From: Octopus vulgaris
Lineage: Eukaryota
Reading direction: 5' to 3'
NCBI GenBank assembly: GCA_951406725.2
Contig: OX597834.1
Span: 41,602,001 to 41,666,000, forward strand
DNA: 64,000 bases
The first letter of the stretch is position 1. Every line of letters begins with the position of its first letter. A model generated the notes under the pieces. It did no database searches, was not told the origin of the DNA, and was given only the letters and a program-made list of their open reading frames with translations. A program made the position numbers and the translations under genes. Below are positions 41,795 to 55,389 of this stretch, in pieces.

Positions 41795-42155
41795 TAGGCG
41801 TAGGAGTGGCTGTGTGGTAAGTAGCTTGCTTACCAGCCACATGGTTCCGGGTTCAGTCCCGCTGTGTGGCACCTTGGGCAATTGTCTTCTACTATAGCCT
41901 CGGGCCGACCAAAGCCTTGTGAGTGGATTTGGTAGACGGAAACTGAAAGAAGCCCGTCATATATATGTATATGTATATATATGCGCGCGTGTGTGCTTGT
42001 GTGTCTGTGTATGTCCCCCCAACATTGCTTGACAACCGATAGAATAAGTACTAGGCTTCCAAAGAATAAGTCCTGGGGTCGAGTTGCTCGACTAAAGGCG
42101 GTGCTCCAGTATAGCCACAATCAAATGACTGAAACAAGTAAAACAGTAAAAGAGT
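41795..42155 (+). mobile_element. SINE family B, near full length
   Basis: Inverted counterpart of 40651-41053. Confidence 0.9.
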
Positions 42156-44899
42156 AATTGCGAATAACTCAACTGCTTAGTTCAGTAACCAATATTATGC
42201 ACTTAAGTATATATTCGCATGCACTTTTTTATACATATATAATGATATATGTCTCACTGCCCATAATATGATTTGAACTGGTCAGAGCAAATTGATTAAT
42301 GGGTTAATTAATTAATTAATTAATTAATTGTCACTTATACAACACTCCTGCTACATACAATAAGAATATACACAAGTACATTGTTTTGTATTGTAAAAAA
42401 GATTCCGACATCTCACTAAATATTTCCTTTAAACCTTAAATATTCGTATAATACCTTTCAAACAACACAAGAGATTCTAAATCACATGAGCAAAAGAAAA
42501 CTTGTCCTTCCAGCTGTAACATTATAAGCATAGAAACGAAAACACAAGAGACTCGACCAAAATTGGGAGGTTACGAGGAACATTTCACCATGCGTCATCC
42601 TTAAGGACCGTACATCCGTTTCTTTTCCAATTTTAGCTTCAATTTATTACATCCCCATCTACCCAAAATAAATAGAATTTAGTCAGCAAGCATATTTTTC
42701 GACGCGATTATGGTCTAAAATGAAAATTTAAATTTTATGTATTAAAGTTAAGATACTAACCATAAGAAATATTGCAACGCTGGCAAAATAAAACTGTCAT
42801 CATTAATCGGGTCGGTTTAATAGTAAAGAAAACAAACCATTTGCTGACTCGTTCAGTTTGATGTAGTGGACTTCTTTTTGAAAGTTCAGGAACTCAGAAG
42901 AAAATTCACCACTATTTGCAACACCTATAACAAGATACTAACGAACACGAGAGTCGTTTTTGTTCCATGACGATTCTTACTGGGTCAGCAAATAAGGGTT
43001 GTGATCTTATGCCAATCTCGTGTGACTATCCATCGTATATACCCTCAATAAACAAATCATCTACATTGCTGCAGGTTGTATTTTCCTGTATGAGCATTTA
43101 CATCATGGATAATGTCAGAGAAATTTTGATAAAAATATTCGAAGAATAGCCACTAGCATCACCCTAATGTCATTTAATCCTTGGAACTGCAATTGGTCAC
43201 AGGCAAAAATCACTGTAAAAGAAATCCTAACAAATTAACCATATTCACACAAAACTCTAACCACTCTCAGCTCAAAGAGTCTTGTAGACAGAATAAGTTG
43301 AAGTTCATAATTTGTTTTTGATAAGGTAATTTTCAATAAAGAATTTTTCATTTGGAACGACGTACGAACAAGAAGTGACGTAAGCAAAAAACAACCCTTC
43401 TCTCCTCTACCGGACACGGCTGCAGAATCAAGAACAGATAACTAGCTTAGTTCTCTCCACTATTCATCATAAGTGTAGAGGCAAAGAGAAACATATCCAG
43501 ATAATTTGTATCCCTGGTACAATTCTATTTCTCAGTTATGCATGAAAACCACAAGTTTTTCAACGGACGTAACTTTAAAGTAAGCTATTCTTGACTGGAG
43601 AGCATAGATTACCAGATCTCGTACTATAGTTTTAGCCGTTTACCTAGACATTTTCTACCTTAACAACTACCTTGTAACTTCAGAAAACCCAATAAATTAC
43701 CCAAGCAATGATGATTAAAACAACTACTAACAACTTCAGATAGTTTTGAAAAGAACTATACGCAATTCACATCAGAAATAAATCTACCTCTTTATCTTAA
43801 GTCACTTGTAGAGCCCACAGATCTTAAGCTAGCGCCATAAAATAGCCAGCCATATTGTCAATGATGCTGAACAGAAGGTCGGAGATACTATCTCTCTGCC
43901 TCCAACGAAAGCTCTAGAGAGTCTTCTGGATTTGCATAAGCTGCAATACCCAGATCGGCCGTGGTAGTCGCCCCTGACTCTTACAGATCATAAAGAGAGT
44001 ATTCTCCCTTATCGATTAGTAGATCCAGTCAGTAGCATCAACAACAGAATCTGTTAGGTGCAAGTCAGCTTATCAGATGACCACCTCCAACCAATGAGAA
44101 TCGACTTAATGGTGTATTATCAGTGTATTTCATTCATGCTCAAGCAGTATGTGGTATGAAACTCTGAGTAGCAACAGAGTAAATAACCAAGTGGCTCCTA
44201 GAATAAACTCTTGGTTAGTATTTCTCAACCAATTTCTTCCGTACTACCCTTCGATTTTCAAAATAAATTAAAATATGTGTACCTCACTACGAACGGGCAA
44301 AGTTAGGACATAAAACATTTATTTCCCAAATAAGTTTTAATTAAAACTTTAGTACAAGTTTTATACGATTGTTACTTCTTACTTACACCCCATTTCAAAG
44401 TACCCCCCCATACCATCATAATATTGTTATGCTCTACCTCTGTGAGGTGTTTCCCATGTTGAGAAATACTGCTTTAGATTGTGTATTGAGTACTCATTTT
44501 TCGTAATTTTTTAAAACGTATATTTTTACGAATGTCTTTTTGTTTTGTTTCTTTTGCTAGTTGTTTGAATTTTTTATTGTAAGTAGATGTGGTTTCTAAG
44601 GGGGAAAATGCACATTAACTAGAATTTGGATGACAAAAAGTATAAGCGTCATATGTTGAATTCTGGAACATTTTTGCTTATTTCACTTTTTTCATAATTG
44701 ACCGTATTTGCAAACTCCCTGCTGGTTGATTACGTTTTCGCTTGACGATCTCAACTTTTGGAGATTGTCACTTAAGTATCTATCAATTAAGTGCACCAAT
44801 AATTATCGGTGTAAAAAGGAATTTATAATCAAAACAGAGAAACTGCATGTTGTGAATCAGTTGTCGATGTGTATGCTTGCACGAAAGCAGTGAGCTGGA

Positions 44900-45190
44900 G
44901 AATTATTTAGCACGTATATGCTCTATTCGCCAGATTTAGCACTTGCAGACTTCTAACTCGTCCCCAACATGAGAATACAGCCCAAAGGTCGCCCTTTTGA
45001 CACTGCTGTCGTGAACCAGAGCGAATCGCAGAAAGTCCTCGACTCGCTTACAGAAAACGACTTCTATGCTGCATTCCAAAAGTGGCAGGAACGCTGAGAC
45101 CAGTTTTTTGCTGCGCAAGGTGACCATGTCGAAGATGATAAGTTATTATTTATTAAACATCACTAGTTCCGGAACATTTGATACCATATA
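44900..45190 (+). mobile_element. Mariner transposase C-terminal remnant
   Basis: YSPDLALADF*LVPNMRIQPKGRPFD...FYAAFQKWQER*DQFFAAQGDHVE. Confidence 0.85.
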
Positions 45191-45316
45191 TGTACGTATG
45201 CATGCTGTATGTATCGATGTATGTATAATTTCATGCATGTATGTATTTGTGTATATATGTACATGTATGGATACGCAAACCTAAAAGATTTTTTTAATAT
45301 ATTCTATCGTTACCAG

Positions 45317-45420
45317 GTAAAATCACCATCAACCGAACTGCTAGCGGAACCGTTTCGATCGCAGAAGTAGAGCCAAACGGAAAATACGTTCAAATAACGG
45401 AAAGCTCAAAGGTGGGAAGG
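45317..45420 (+). CDS. IF protein exon 8 (start of lamin-tail domain)
   Basis: TACCAG| acceptor; GKITINRTASGTVSIAEVEPNGKYVQITESSKVGR resembles the LTD G-V-I-E---GK-V-I pattern; donor AGG|GTAAGA; 104 nt. Confidence 0.88.
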
Positions 45421-46719
45421 GTAAGATTAGGAATGCATTGCTGTGCACGCAGTAACTGCTTTTTGTGTGTAATCTTCAACACCCTATGGTATTGTCATGC
45501 TTCTATTCTTTTAACAACTCTAACACTCACCTTTGTTTCTTCTACGTTTTTTTTTCACGTCTTAGATCTGTTTACGACACACACAATGAAACGCATGCAC
45601 ACGCATATAAACACACACATTTATGAAGACAGGCTTCAGGAGGAGCACTCAATACAAGACATAAAGTTGAAGAATAATTCGCAAGGCAATTAAAACTATT
45701 AGCTAAACCATTATTACTTCGTTATTATAGCTTCGTTATTATAGCTAAGAAACTCTCAAACCCCCTTCAACCACCACCCATCACTTACCCACATTCAAAA
45801 AACTAAAATATACGAATGTTTCACTTTTAACTTCTTAGGAAGTGGAGAAGTTTTTTCAGAAATAAAGTTGTTGTTTCTAGCATGTCGGGTTTTCTAGTGG
45901 TGGTCTGATACCATTGATGTCTGCTATTTCAGTAGAATTCTACGCACGCGTGAAACATCAGACGAAAGTGAAATATTGGAAAGTGATGGGTGGGCGAGGT
46001 GAGGGAAGGGGGCATTGAGTGTTTCTTTGAGAAAAATAAATTTTTTTTTTAAATTCCCAGATTTGTAATCTCTGTATTTTTCAACGTGGATTGAAGAAAA
46101 ATTCGAAAAGTTGAAAATTAAGAAATTGGGGTAGGGAGGCAAATTAAAATGTTCAAAACGTGATTTAGGGGGCAAAATCATATTATCCTATATCTAAAAC
46201 ATAGAAATCCGCCAAAAATTTGAAAAAGACAAAAACGGAAGTGGGTGGTACGAAAAATGTGCCAATAATTGTACAAAAAAAGCATGTTTTAAGGTCAGTT
46301 TCCGTTGATAAATAGGATTTTGTGCGTCACAAATGCACTCATAACGCTCCATATATATTGCAGCATTTTTTGATACCATAAACATTAAAATTAGCAACGT
46401 AGATTAGAAGCAAATCCAAATAGTGCCCGAAAATGACCTCAAAGTTTTGCGACTCGACCTTGTTTCGAGGTTATTTTTGTAGTAAAAAGAGTTGTTGTGC
46501 AAAACACGTTCTTTATATGGTAGCCGAAAGATTACTGAATCTTTTGATTCAGTATATCGAAATTGGCAACTCTGTTTTCGAATCCATAAGGAACATACGC
46601 ACCACTCACAGACACACACACACACAAACAAGCTCTTGTTTTATATTACATATGTAATAAACATATATATGTATATATACACGTATATTTTATATATATG
46701 ATTTATGTATGTATGTATG

Positions 46720-46791
<72 letters not shown>

Positions 46792-47975
46792 CATACATAC
46801 ATACATACATACATACATACATACATACATACATACATACATACATACAAGTTTTAAATATTACCCAAAGCATCCGGCTTGTGACCTGTAAGAATTATGA
46901 ATTTTCAAATCCGTTCCCTATTATAAGGCATAGACAACAGTCATAATTTTGCGAAAATTTTCTTTTCCCCTCACACTTTTTATTGACCACTTTAAAGTAA
47001 TTTACATTTTTTGAACGAACTATAGTCTGTTTTGTACAACTTGTATATTGTTTACCTATGAATGATTATAGGTGTCACAGTAACGTGTGATATACGTTAC
47101 CATTTACGGTTTAGCGTGCGGTCTACCTGAACATTTATACTTTTGTGTAAAGCCTAACCCTAACTCGAAACCTAATCCTAAACCCTAAGCTTAAACCTCA
47201 ATCGTAACCTAACCCTAAACTCTAAACGCTAACCCAGACGAGTTCATTTCTCAGCGTAGGCTAATAATACTAACGTAGACGGCACGCTAAATTAGTATTT
47301 GAATATATCTCTATATGCGAATCGTCCCTCTCTTCTCTCTCTCCATTCTCGCACTTTCTCTGAGTTTCTCTAGCTTTCTCTACCCCCTCTCCCCCTTTAT
47401 ATATATATATATATATATATATAATGAACCCGCTCGTCGTTAGAGAGTCCGGCAATCATTGCTGAACAACCACACAGAGGATTTGTTTATAGTGATTGGC
47501 CGGTGAGCCAACAGAATCTTTACCGCGCTGGACTAAATGCTTAGCGGCATTTCGTTCGCATTTGCGCTCTAAATTCAAATTTCGCTGAGGTCGACTTTGC
47601 CTTTCATCCATTCAGGAACGATAAAATAAGTACCAGTTGAACACTGGGGTCGACGTATAAGTAATCGACTAAACCCATTTCCCAAACTTGGCCCTGCGCT
47701 AAAATTTGAGATCATTATAAAAATCCATATGTCTCGTGTGAACTTCGTCTGTCATTGATCGACGGCTTCGGTTTATTAGTGAAGATTGACTTTCTAGATC
47801 TCCAAACTGTCTGTGTTACGCTCTGTTGTCTTTGATGTTCACCCTAAATACCTGAATCGTGGCATTTTAGTTGCTTTTTCAATAATGTTTGCCAGCACGT
47901 GTTCCTTGATGGTGTTCCCTTTTTTTATTTCCATTTTGCCAAATGGCTCCACAGAGAAACATTAACAATTTAAAG

Positions 47976-48048
<73 letters not shown>

Positions 48049-48187
48049 TATATAAATCGTGTTTCTGTGCAACCATTTCGTGAAATACAAATGAGTGACA
48101 CTAACTACATTGGATCTCTCAGATCCTTTACTTATAACCTTTACTCATATTATATCTATCTATCTACCTATCTATCTACCTATCTAT

Positions 48188-48240
<53 letters not shown>

Positions 48241-48260
48241 TAGTATATATATACACATAT

Positions 48261-48307
<47 letters not shown>

Positions 48308-48442
48308 ACATATATAGTATATATATACACATATATATATACATATTTATATATACATATATATACATGTATATCATGTATATATACATATATATACAAT
48401 ATATATCATATATATATATATATATATATACATATATATGTT

Positions 48443-48477
<35 letters not shown>

Positions 48478-48563
48478 AGGTAGATAGATAGATATAGATA
48501 TTGAGATATGTATATATATATATATACATACATACATATATATATATACATACATATATATAT

Positions 48564-48612
<49 letters not shown>

Positions 48613-48731
48613 TGTACATATACATATATACATATATGTATTCATACATATGATATCTGCACATGTATACTTGCATGTATTTATCTATTTATCTTCCTCT
48701 CTCTTTCTCTTTATCTATCTCTATGTATCAA

Positions 48732-48820
<89 letters not shown>

Positions 48821-48821
<1 letters not shown>

Positions 48822-49052
48822 TATAGGAAAATGTGTTGTTGAAAATGCCCTTAAATTTCAAAAGCTCGTGAATGTTCAATATACACTTATTTACATATAT
48901 ACCATATATATTGGTATATATTGGATAGAGAGAATGAGATAAATAGATAAATCCATGCAAATATATACTGGTATATATGTAAATAAATGTACTTTAAACA
49001 TTTTCGAGCTTTTGAAATTTAAGTCCATTTTCAACAACACATTCTCCTATAT
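48821..49052. repeat. About 84-bp inverted repeat embedded in (TA)n
   Basis: 48821-48904 versus 48969-49052, roughly 90 percent complementary by eye. Confidence 0.88.
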
Positions 49053-49085
49053 CTTTTCCCTGTGTGGAAACACCACTCCCTCTTT

Positions 49086-49167
<82 letters not shown>

Positions 49168-49390
49168 TTGCATGTATGTATGCATGTATAATTTACACAC
49201 ACACACTCGTATATGTTGTCATGTGTGAATGCATGTATGCATGTATTTATGTGTTTATTCGTGTACGTGAAAAGATCCGTTGGTAAGTGTCTATAACATC
49301 ATTGTCGTTGGAGACTGGGTTTTGTTTTTACTTGTTGTTGTTCTTGTTGTTGTTCTTTCATATTCTATTCTTTTCTCTCGACACACGCAG

Positions 49391-49504
49391 CCATCAACTA
49401 ACCTTAAAAACTGGAAGCTGGTTCGTACATTTGACGACGGTCGAGCAACTGTCACCCACGTCTTTAAAGATAACAACGTGTTTGCCACAGAGAAAGAAGT
49501 AAAG
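49391..49504 (+). CDS. IF protein exon 9 (lamin-tail domain)
   Basis: CGCAG| acceptor after a long pyrimidine tract; PSTNLKNWKLVRTFDDGRATVTHVFKDNNVFATEKEVK (L--W-L-R motif); donor AAG|GTAGGT; 114 nt. Confidence 0.88.
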
Positions 49505-49525
49505 GTAGGTTCACAATCCATGTTA

Positions 49526-49922
49526 TCTCTCTCTATATATAAAGCTGAAGTTGTGTGTGTATGGCAGGTTTGGTAGCCTTCAACTAACACTATCTCCTTT
49601 GAGACCCTGCGGCGCAAGTTGACCAAAATTGAGAGTATGATAGAAGATGGCTTGCTCTTCCTTCAGTAGAAGAAAAAATTCAAATCGGACCATGTTAACA
49701 CCAAAAATTATTTACATCAAAAAGGTGCTTTTTTTTCCTATGAAAATCCCTATTTTTTACGATTTTTTTTACTGCTGTGTCGCCATTTGTCGGTGTATTT
49801 CAACCGGAAAACTGTTCACTTAAAGAGAATAACAAGCTACATAATGCAAAATTTTTACTTTTCAAAAATTTCAATTCTAAAGGGTCGAAACAAACCCGAG
49901 CAACGCCGGGCGATACTGCTAG
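49526..49922 (+). mobile_element. Non-autonomous Helitron-like element
   Basis: A|TC...TATATATAAA 5' end; 3' hairpin CCCGAGCAACGCCGGG then CTAG|T; no TSD. Confidence 0.72.
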
Positions 49923-50008
49923 TAAATGATAAGGGAATAAGAAATCATGTCCTGAATTTATTACTTTACATCTGTTTCTGCCAGAAGATACAATGTATCA
50001 AAACACAG

Positions 50009-50066
<58 letters not shown>

Positions 50067-50715
50067 CTCTGTATGTGAGTATGACGGGCTTCTTTCAATT
50101 TTCGTCTACTGAATCCATCCACAAGGCTTCGATCGGCCCAAAGCTATAGTAGAGGTACCACACAGTGGGACTGAACTCGGAACCTTGTGATTAGGAAGCA
50201 AATTTCTTACCACACAGCCACGCCTGCGCCTATCTTCAGGAAATTTCAATTAAAGTCTACAACAACCTAAAGGAGGCCGCAGGTGTACAAGAAAAGCACG
50301 CAGTATCTTCTCCCCACACTCTCCCACCATAAAAACGTAAAGTTCCTTCTCGATTCATACACACTCATAAGGGCAGGCTCCCGGTTTCCATGGTGTTTAT
50401 ATTCACCACCGGGAAATATATACACCATGTGTTTTGCTCGAGAACACAACGCATCCCCCCTATCCAGGAATCGAAACCACAATCTTGGAAACATGAGTCC
50501 AACACTCTAACCACTAAGCCACGCGCTTCCACTCGCTAACATAAGTCACTCTCAGATTTAGCACCATCTCTTTCTCGGTTTGTTTTTATTTTTACTCCCT
50601 TATTATTCGAGCTCCCTTCTTAGTTTTCCCTATATTTCTTTCGTCGGTACTTAGATCACAAAGGTTCAAATTCATTGCTAATGTTATTGTTTGTTTGTTT
50701 TTTTTTCATTTTCAG

Positions 50716-50829
50716 ATCTGGGGTTCAAAATTCGGTAATACTAAGGACGGAGTTGTTTCTTCCTCTGTTAATGAATGGGGCCCGCTGAACGTTGCATCTA
50801 GGATCACGTTGAGAGACGAAAATGACAGG
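50716..50829 (+). CDS. IF protein exon 10 (lamin-tail domain)
   Basis: TTTTCAG| acceptor; IWGSKFGNTKDGVVSSSVNEWGPLNVASRITLRDENDR; donor AGG|GTAAGA; 114 nt. Confidence 0.88.
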
Positions 50830-51176
50830 GTAAGATATAACAATACACAAATATATACACATACATGTATGTATGTGAGCATCTATGTATGTGTATACAA
50901 GTATGTATGCATGTATGTATGTATGTATGTATGTATGTATGTATGTATGTATGCATGCATGTATGTTTGTATGTTTGTATGCATGTATGTTTGTATGTAT
51001 GTATGTATGTATGTATGTATGTATGTGTGTATGTATGTATGTATGTGTGTATGTGTGTATGTATGTATGTATGTATGTATGTATGTTTGTATGTATGTAT
51101 GTATGTATGTTTGTATGTATGTTTGTATGTATGTGTGTATGTATGTATGTATGTATGTATGTATGTATGTATGTAT

Positions 51177-51485
51177 GTCACCGTCACCGTCACCGACCAG
51201 GCTATCAGTTGTTGCTACACATCGCTGGTCACAATGCGCTTCGCTTTGTTTTAGCCGTCAAATGACGCCACCTCGCTGGCTAAGCGGGCAGGCCAACAGA
51301 AGAAAGAGTGAGAGAAAGTTGTGGCGAAAGCGTACAGCAGGGATCGCCACTACCCCCTGCCGGAGCCTCGTGTAGCTTTAGGTGCTTTCGCTCAATAAAC
51401 ACACACAACGCCCGGTCTGGGAATCGAAACCGCGAACCTCCGACCGCGAGTCCGCTGCCCTAACCACTGGGCCATTGCGCCTCCA
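51177..51485 (-). mobile_element. tRNA-derived SINE with head 2 (GGAGGCGCAATGGCCCAGTGG) and an RTE-like tail
   Basis: A and B boxes; tail shares GTCACAATGCGCTTC with the RTE 3' end at 55435-55449. Confidence 0.82.
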
Positions 51486-51629
51486 CGGATGTTGCTGTTG
51501 GAAATATTCGCCCATCTGACTAGAATGGAATCGTTCGGATCTTCCGTAGACCGTATGGAAGACCATATACGTTTATAGGGAACACAATAAACGATGCAAG
51601 ACTGCAGACTTCGCACTTCCCAATGTTAA

Positions 51630-51905
51630 CGGAGTGAGAAAACCGAGAACTACCAGGATTTAGCCAGAGAGCTGCAGAAACTGTGGAAGATTAAGACAGC
51701 AATAATTCTTGTAGGAATTGTGGCACTTGGCACAACACCCAAGATGGTACCAAAAGAGACAGAAAGATATTGGAACTGAGACTCGCGTTCTCGACCTGAA
51801 AAAAAAGCAAAAAAACTATCGTTCTATATTCTGTAAGAATTCTAAGAAAGAATCTTATGATTTGAGAGATTTGTTGCGTCAATAAACATCAAGATAAAAT
51901 ACCTG
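51630..51905 (+). mobile_element. R4/Dong-like LINE 3' end
   Basis: EKTENYQDLARELQKLWKI...VGIVALGTTPK...VLYSVRILRKNL, followed by (ACA)/(GAT) repeats. Confidence 0.7.
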
Positions 51906-51944
51906 CTAATTAATTACAACAGCAATAACAACAACAACATTAAC

Positions 51945-51976
<32 letters not shown>

Positions 51977-52406
51977 CGATGATGATGACGATGATGATGA
52001 CGATGATGACGATGATGACGATGATGACGACGATGACGACGATGACGACGATGATGATGATGATGGTGGTGGTGGTGGTGGTGGTGGTGGTGGACTCTCC
52101 TGTCGAAGACGACGTTTGAGTGTTCAGCCTTTGCTGAACGACCTTCACAAACGATCTGCTGGTAGTGATCGAATGTTCGTGCTGAACATTGGGCCCGTTC
52201 CTTCCTTTCATCAGATCGACGTTGCCTGAACAGCTGTTATAGTGTATAGCACGCGTCGAGTGTCGATGTGATCGCAGAGCGACGCGAGATAAAAAGTGTT
52301 TTGCTCGCTCAAGAACACAACGCACCGCGTGGTCTGGGGATTGAAACGCGATCTCGCGATCATAAATATAACACCATGCACCCACCAGGCCATGTGCCCT
52401 CCCATG

Positions 52407-52527
<121 letters not shown>

Positions 52528-52612
52528 TAATAAAAAAACAAAAGGGATATTTATGTATCAATAACATTCTTTCATTTAATAATAATAATAATAATAATAA
52601 TAATCTTTTCAG

Positions 52613-52648
52613 GAAAGAGCTTTGCTCCACGTCAAATACTCTGGTTAA
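52613..52648 (+). CDS. IF protein exon 11 (last coding exon)
   Basis: CTTTTCAG| acceptor; ERALLHVKYSG-stop completes the LTD L-D--G-E-A pattern. Confidence 0.8.
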   Translation, partial: ERALLHVKYSG

Positions 52649-53593
52649 AACACTTGCTTTGATAGAGGAAGTCCTGGCCAAGAAGACCTTTTGTCTCTAT
52701 CTCAACTTCCAGAAGATTAATTATTTCATGGCAAAGAGTTTCTTATATAATATCTTCAGTTGAGGGATAATATAATTCTTTACTTTGTTGTTTTTTTTAT
52801 TTCTTCTTTTTTTTTGTTATATTTTTTACACCGTTCTCTAAAGAATTACATAATTTAGAAAAGAAAAAAATGCTCTATTCAGTCCTCAACACAACATATT
52901 TTATGGCTAAGCTACATCGATATTAAATACTCTCAACTGCTTTCGCTTGTTATTTCATATATTCCCAAAATACAAAATGGTTGTTGGGCTAGGGATCTAG
53001 ACAATTTCGTAGATATCGCAACTAATTTTCGGTCGGTGTGGGTCCTAGGTGCCTACATTGTGACTGATTCAACATATTTCCATCCCTATATTTAAAAACA
53101 CTTATCGTTTGATGAAACTTGTATTAAAGGTAAGACAGAAAATCAAATTTTTGGAAAAGGTTCTTTATATTACATACAAAAGGAAGAAAAAATCAAAATT
53201 CATCTGAAACAATTGGGAAGATGGGATTAGGTTTTCCAGAAGATTAGTGTGCCTTATCTTTCTTAATCTTAGGGCGGCAGATTGACAATGGCAGTGGGAT
53301 GGCAGAATTAGTAGGGCGTCGAACAAAATGCTTTACAGTTTTTAGTTACGTCCCTTTATATTCTGAGTTCAAATTCCGCCTAGGTCAACTTTGTCGTTCA
53401 CCTTTCTGTGGTCTTTTTCAAATAAAGTACCAGTCATGTACTGGCGTCGATTTCATCGACCGTTCCTCCCTTCTCAAATTTGTGGCGCTGTGCCTTACAT
53501 AGAAACTAATATCTCTTTTCTCTTCAAACAATACGTGTTGTATTGTTTTTTTTTCCTTTTCTAGGTTCTTCTAGCTGAATTGTAAGGAACAAA

Positions 53594-53610
53594 AATAAAA
53601 TGGCAATAAA
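53594..53610 (+). terminator. Tandem AATAAA polyadenylation signals (candidate 3' end of the IF mRNA)
   Basis: AATAAA at 53594-53599 and 53605-53610, followed by a T/CT-rich tract. Confidence 0.5.
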
Positions 53611-55389
53611 ACTGTTTTCAGTATAAATACAAATATCTTTCTTTCTCTCTGTATTTTTCATTCACTCTCTCTCTCTCTTACTCACTCTATTTATCCATCT
53701 ATCAATCTATCTCAGCTCCTATCTTTTTCTAAGTACGTGTGTGAGAGAGAGACAAGGAATGAGAGTTTATACTTTGTTTACGCTTTGCATCTGTAGGGCG
53801 TTGATGTATAACGGATAAAAACCAGCCTATGACTTTCTCTAATAGAAATATGGCAACCAAATCTCTTTCCAGTTATGCCCTACCATTTTAAAAAGGAAAG
53901 GTCATATAGAAAAATGCAGTTTTTGATGTATATAAAAAAGGCAGGATGATCACGATTGGAATGCTTTTCATACTTGTGACCTGTACCTAAAAACCACAGC
54001 GATTTCATTTAACACACCCACTTTTCTTTCTTTCCTTCTTTCCTTTTTCTTTCTTTCTGCTTGTTGTCTCCCTTCAGAAGGAGTCACACTGAAATCATAA
54101 TCTTCCAAATTAATCTTTCTGGGACATCGTGAACCACCAAAACTTTATAATGGCCTTTGTGGCTCACTTAACATAACCAGACGATAAATGAGTTGCAAGA
54201 ATCAGAGGTAACTAGTGATAGTCCGAGTCGCCATATTGGGAATGCAATCAGTCAATTAATCGTGAAAAATGGTTTGTTTTCACAAAAATTCGGATACATT
54301 GGATAATATAATCCTATTTCCTCGATATATGAAGAGAAGCTGTACGATTCATGGCTAGAATATCTAACTTGAAACAAAACAACATCAGTACAAAATAATA
54401 TAAGAGCATATATTGGATATTAGCATTTCTAATATTACAAAATATCAAAGGTAAATTTAGCATTAAGAGTTGCAATGCAGGAATTACCAGAGCAGCGGGT
54501 TGGCAGAATCATTTTAGCGTAAGGCAAATTGCTATGCAATATTTTTTCTGGTTTTATAAGATGGCAAGCTGGCAGAATCGTTGGTACACCTGACAAAAGT
54601 TCTTAGCGGCATTTCGTCAATCTTTACATTCTGCGTTCGAATTCCGCCGAGGTCGACTTTACTTTTATCCTTTCGGGGTCGATAAAATAAGTGTCAGCTG
54701 AGCACCGAGACTCCTGCGCCAAAATTTGGAACAAATACTTTTTCTGGTTCTCTACGTTCGATGGACAAATCCAGGTGATGTCAACATTGTGCTCCATCCT
54801 TCCAAAACCGATAATGTAAAATACCAGTCAAGTACAGGGATCGACTAATTCCTTTCCTGTGCTCTAAACGGGGGTGTAGTCAAATCCTATTTATGGACTC
54901 AACCATGTTCTAAAATAAGTCGAAAGGTAAGCTAATATAAATCGGCACGAACTTTCCGGACAACCCAATATTTATCCAAATAAAGCAAACAAAACAAATA
55001 TTTTTAAAATATAAAGTAAATTGTGTAGAGAAGCAAAATAGTGGTTATTGTTGTAGATAATTGAAAAAGAAATTAATTGTTATAAGAAGAAAAAATAGCG
55101 AAACAACACTCGATTGTGAAATAAGATTTTGGTAAATCTTCAGGATGGAAAGATAACAACGTATAAAAGTATAAAACTACGAAAAAAATGCACGACGTTT
55201 AGGGAAGGACACTTCAGATATGATTCCTTCGATGACGGTTTCTGATCGAAAAGCTGTTTCGCAAATCTCCGCCATCAAATGTCATGGGATACGACTTCGA
55301 CAAAATTTTTGGTATACACTGTATAGAGTGTTTACGGGCACACGCTCACATGTACACACATTTATACACACACGCCCTTGCTGCTGATA

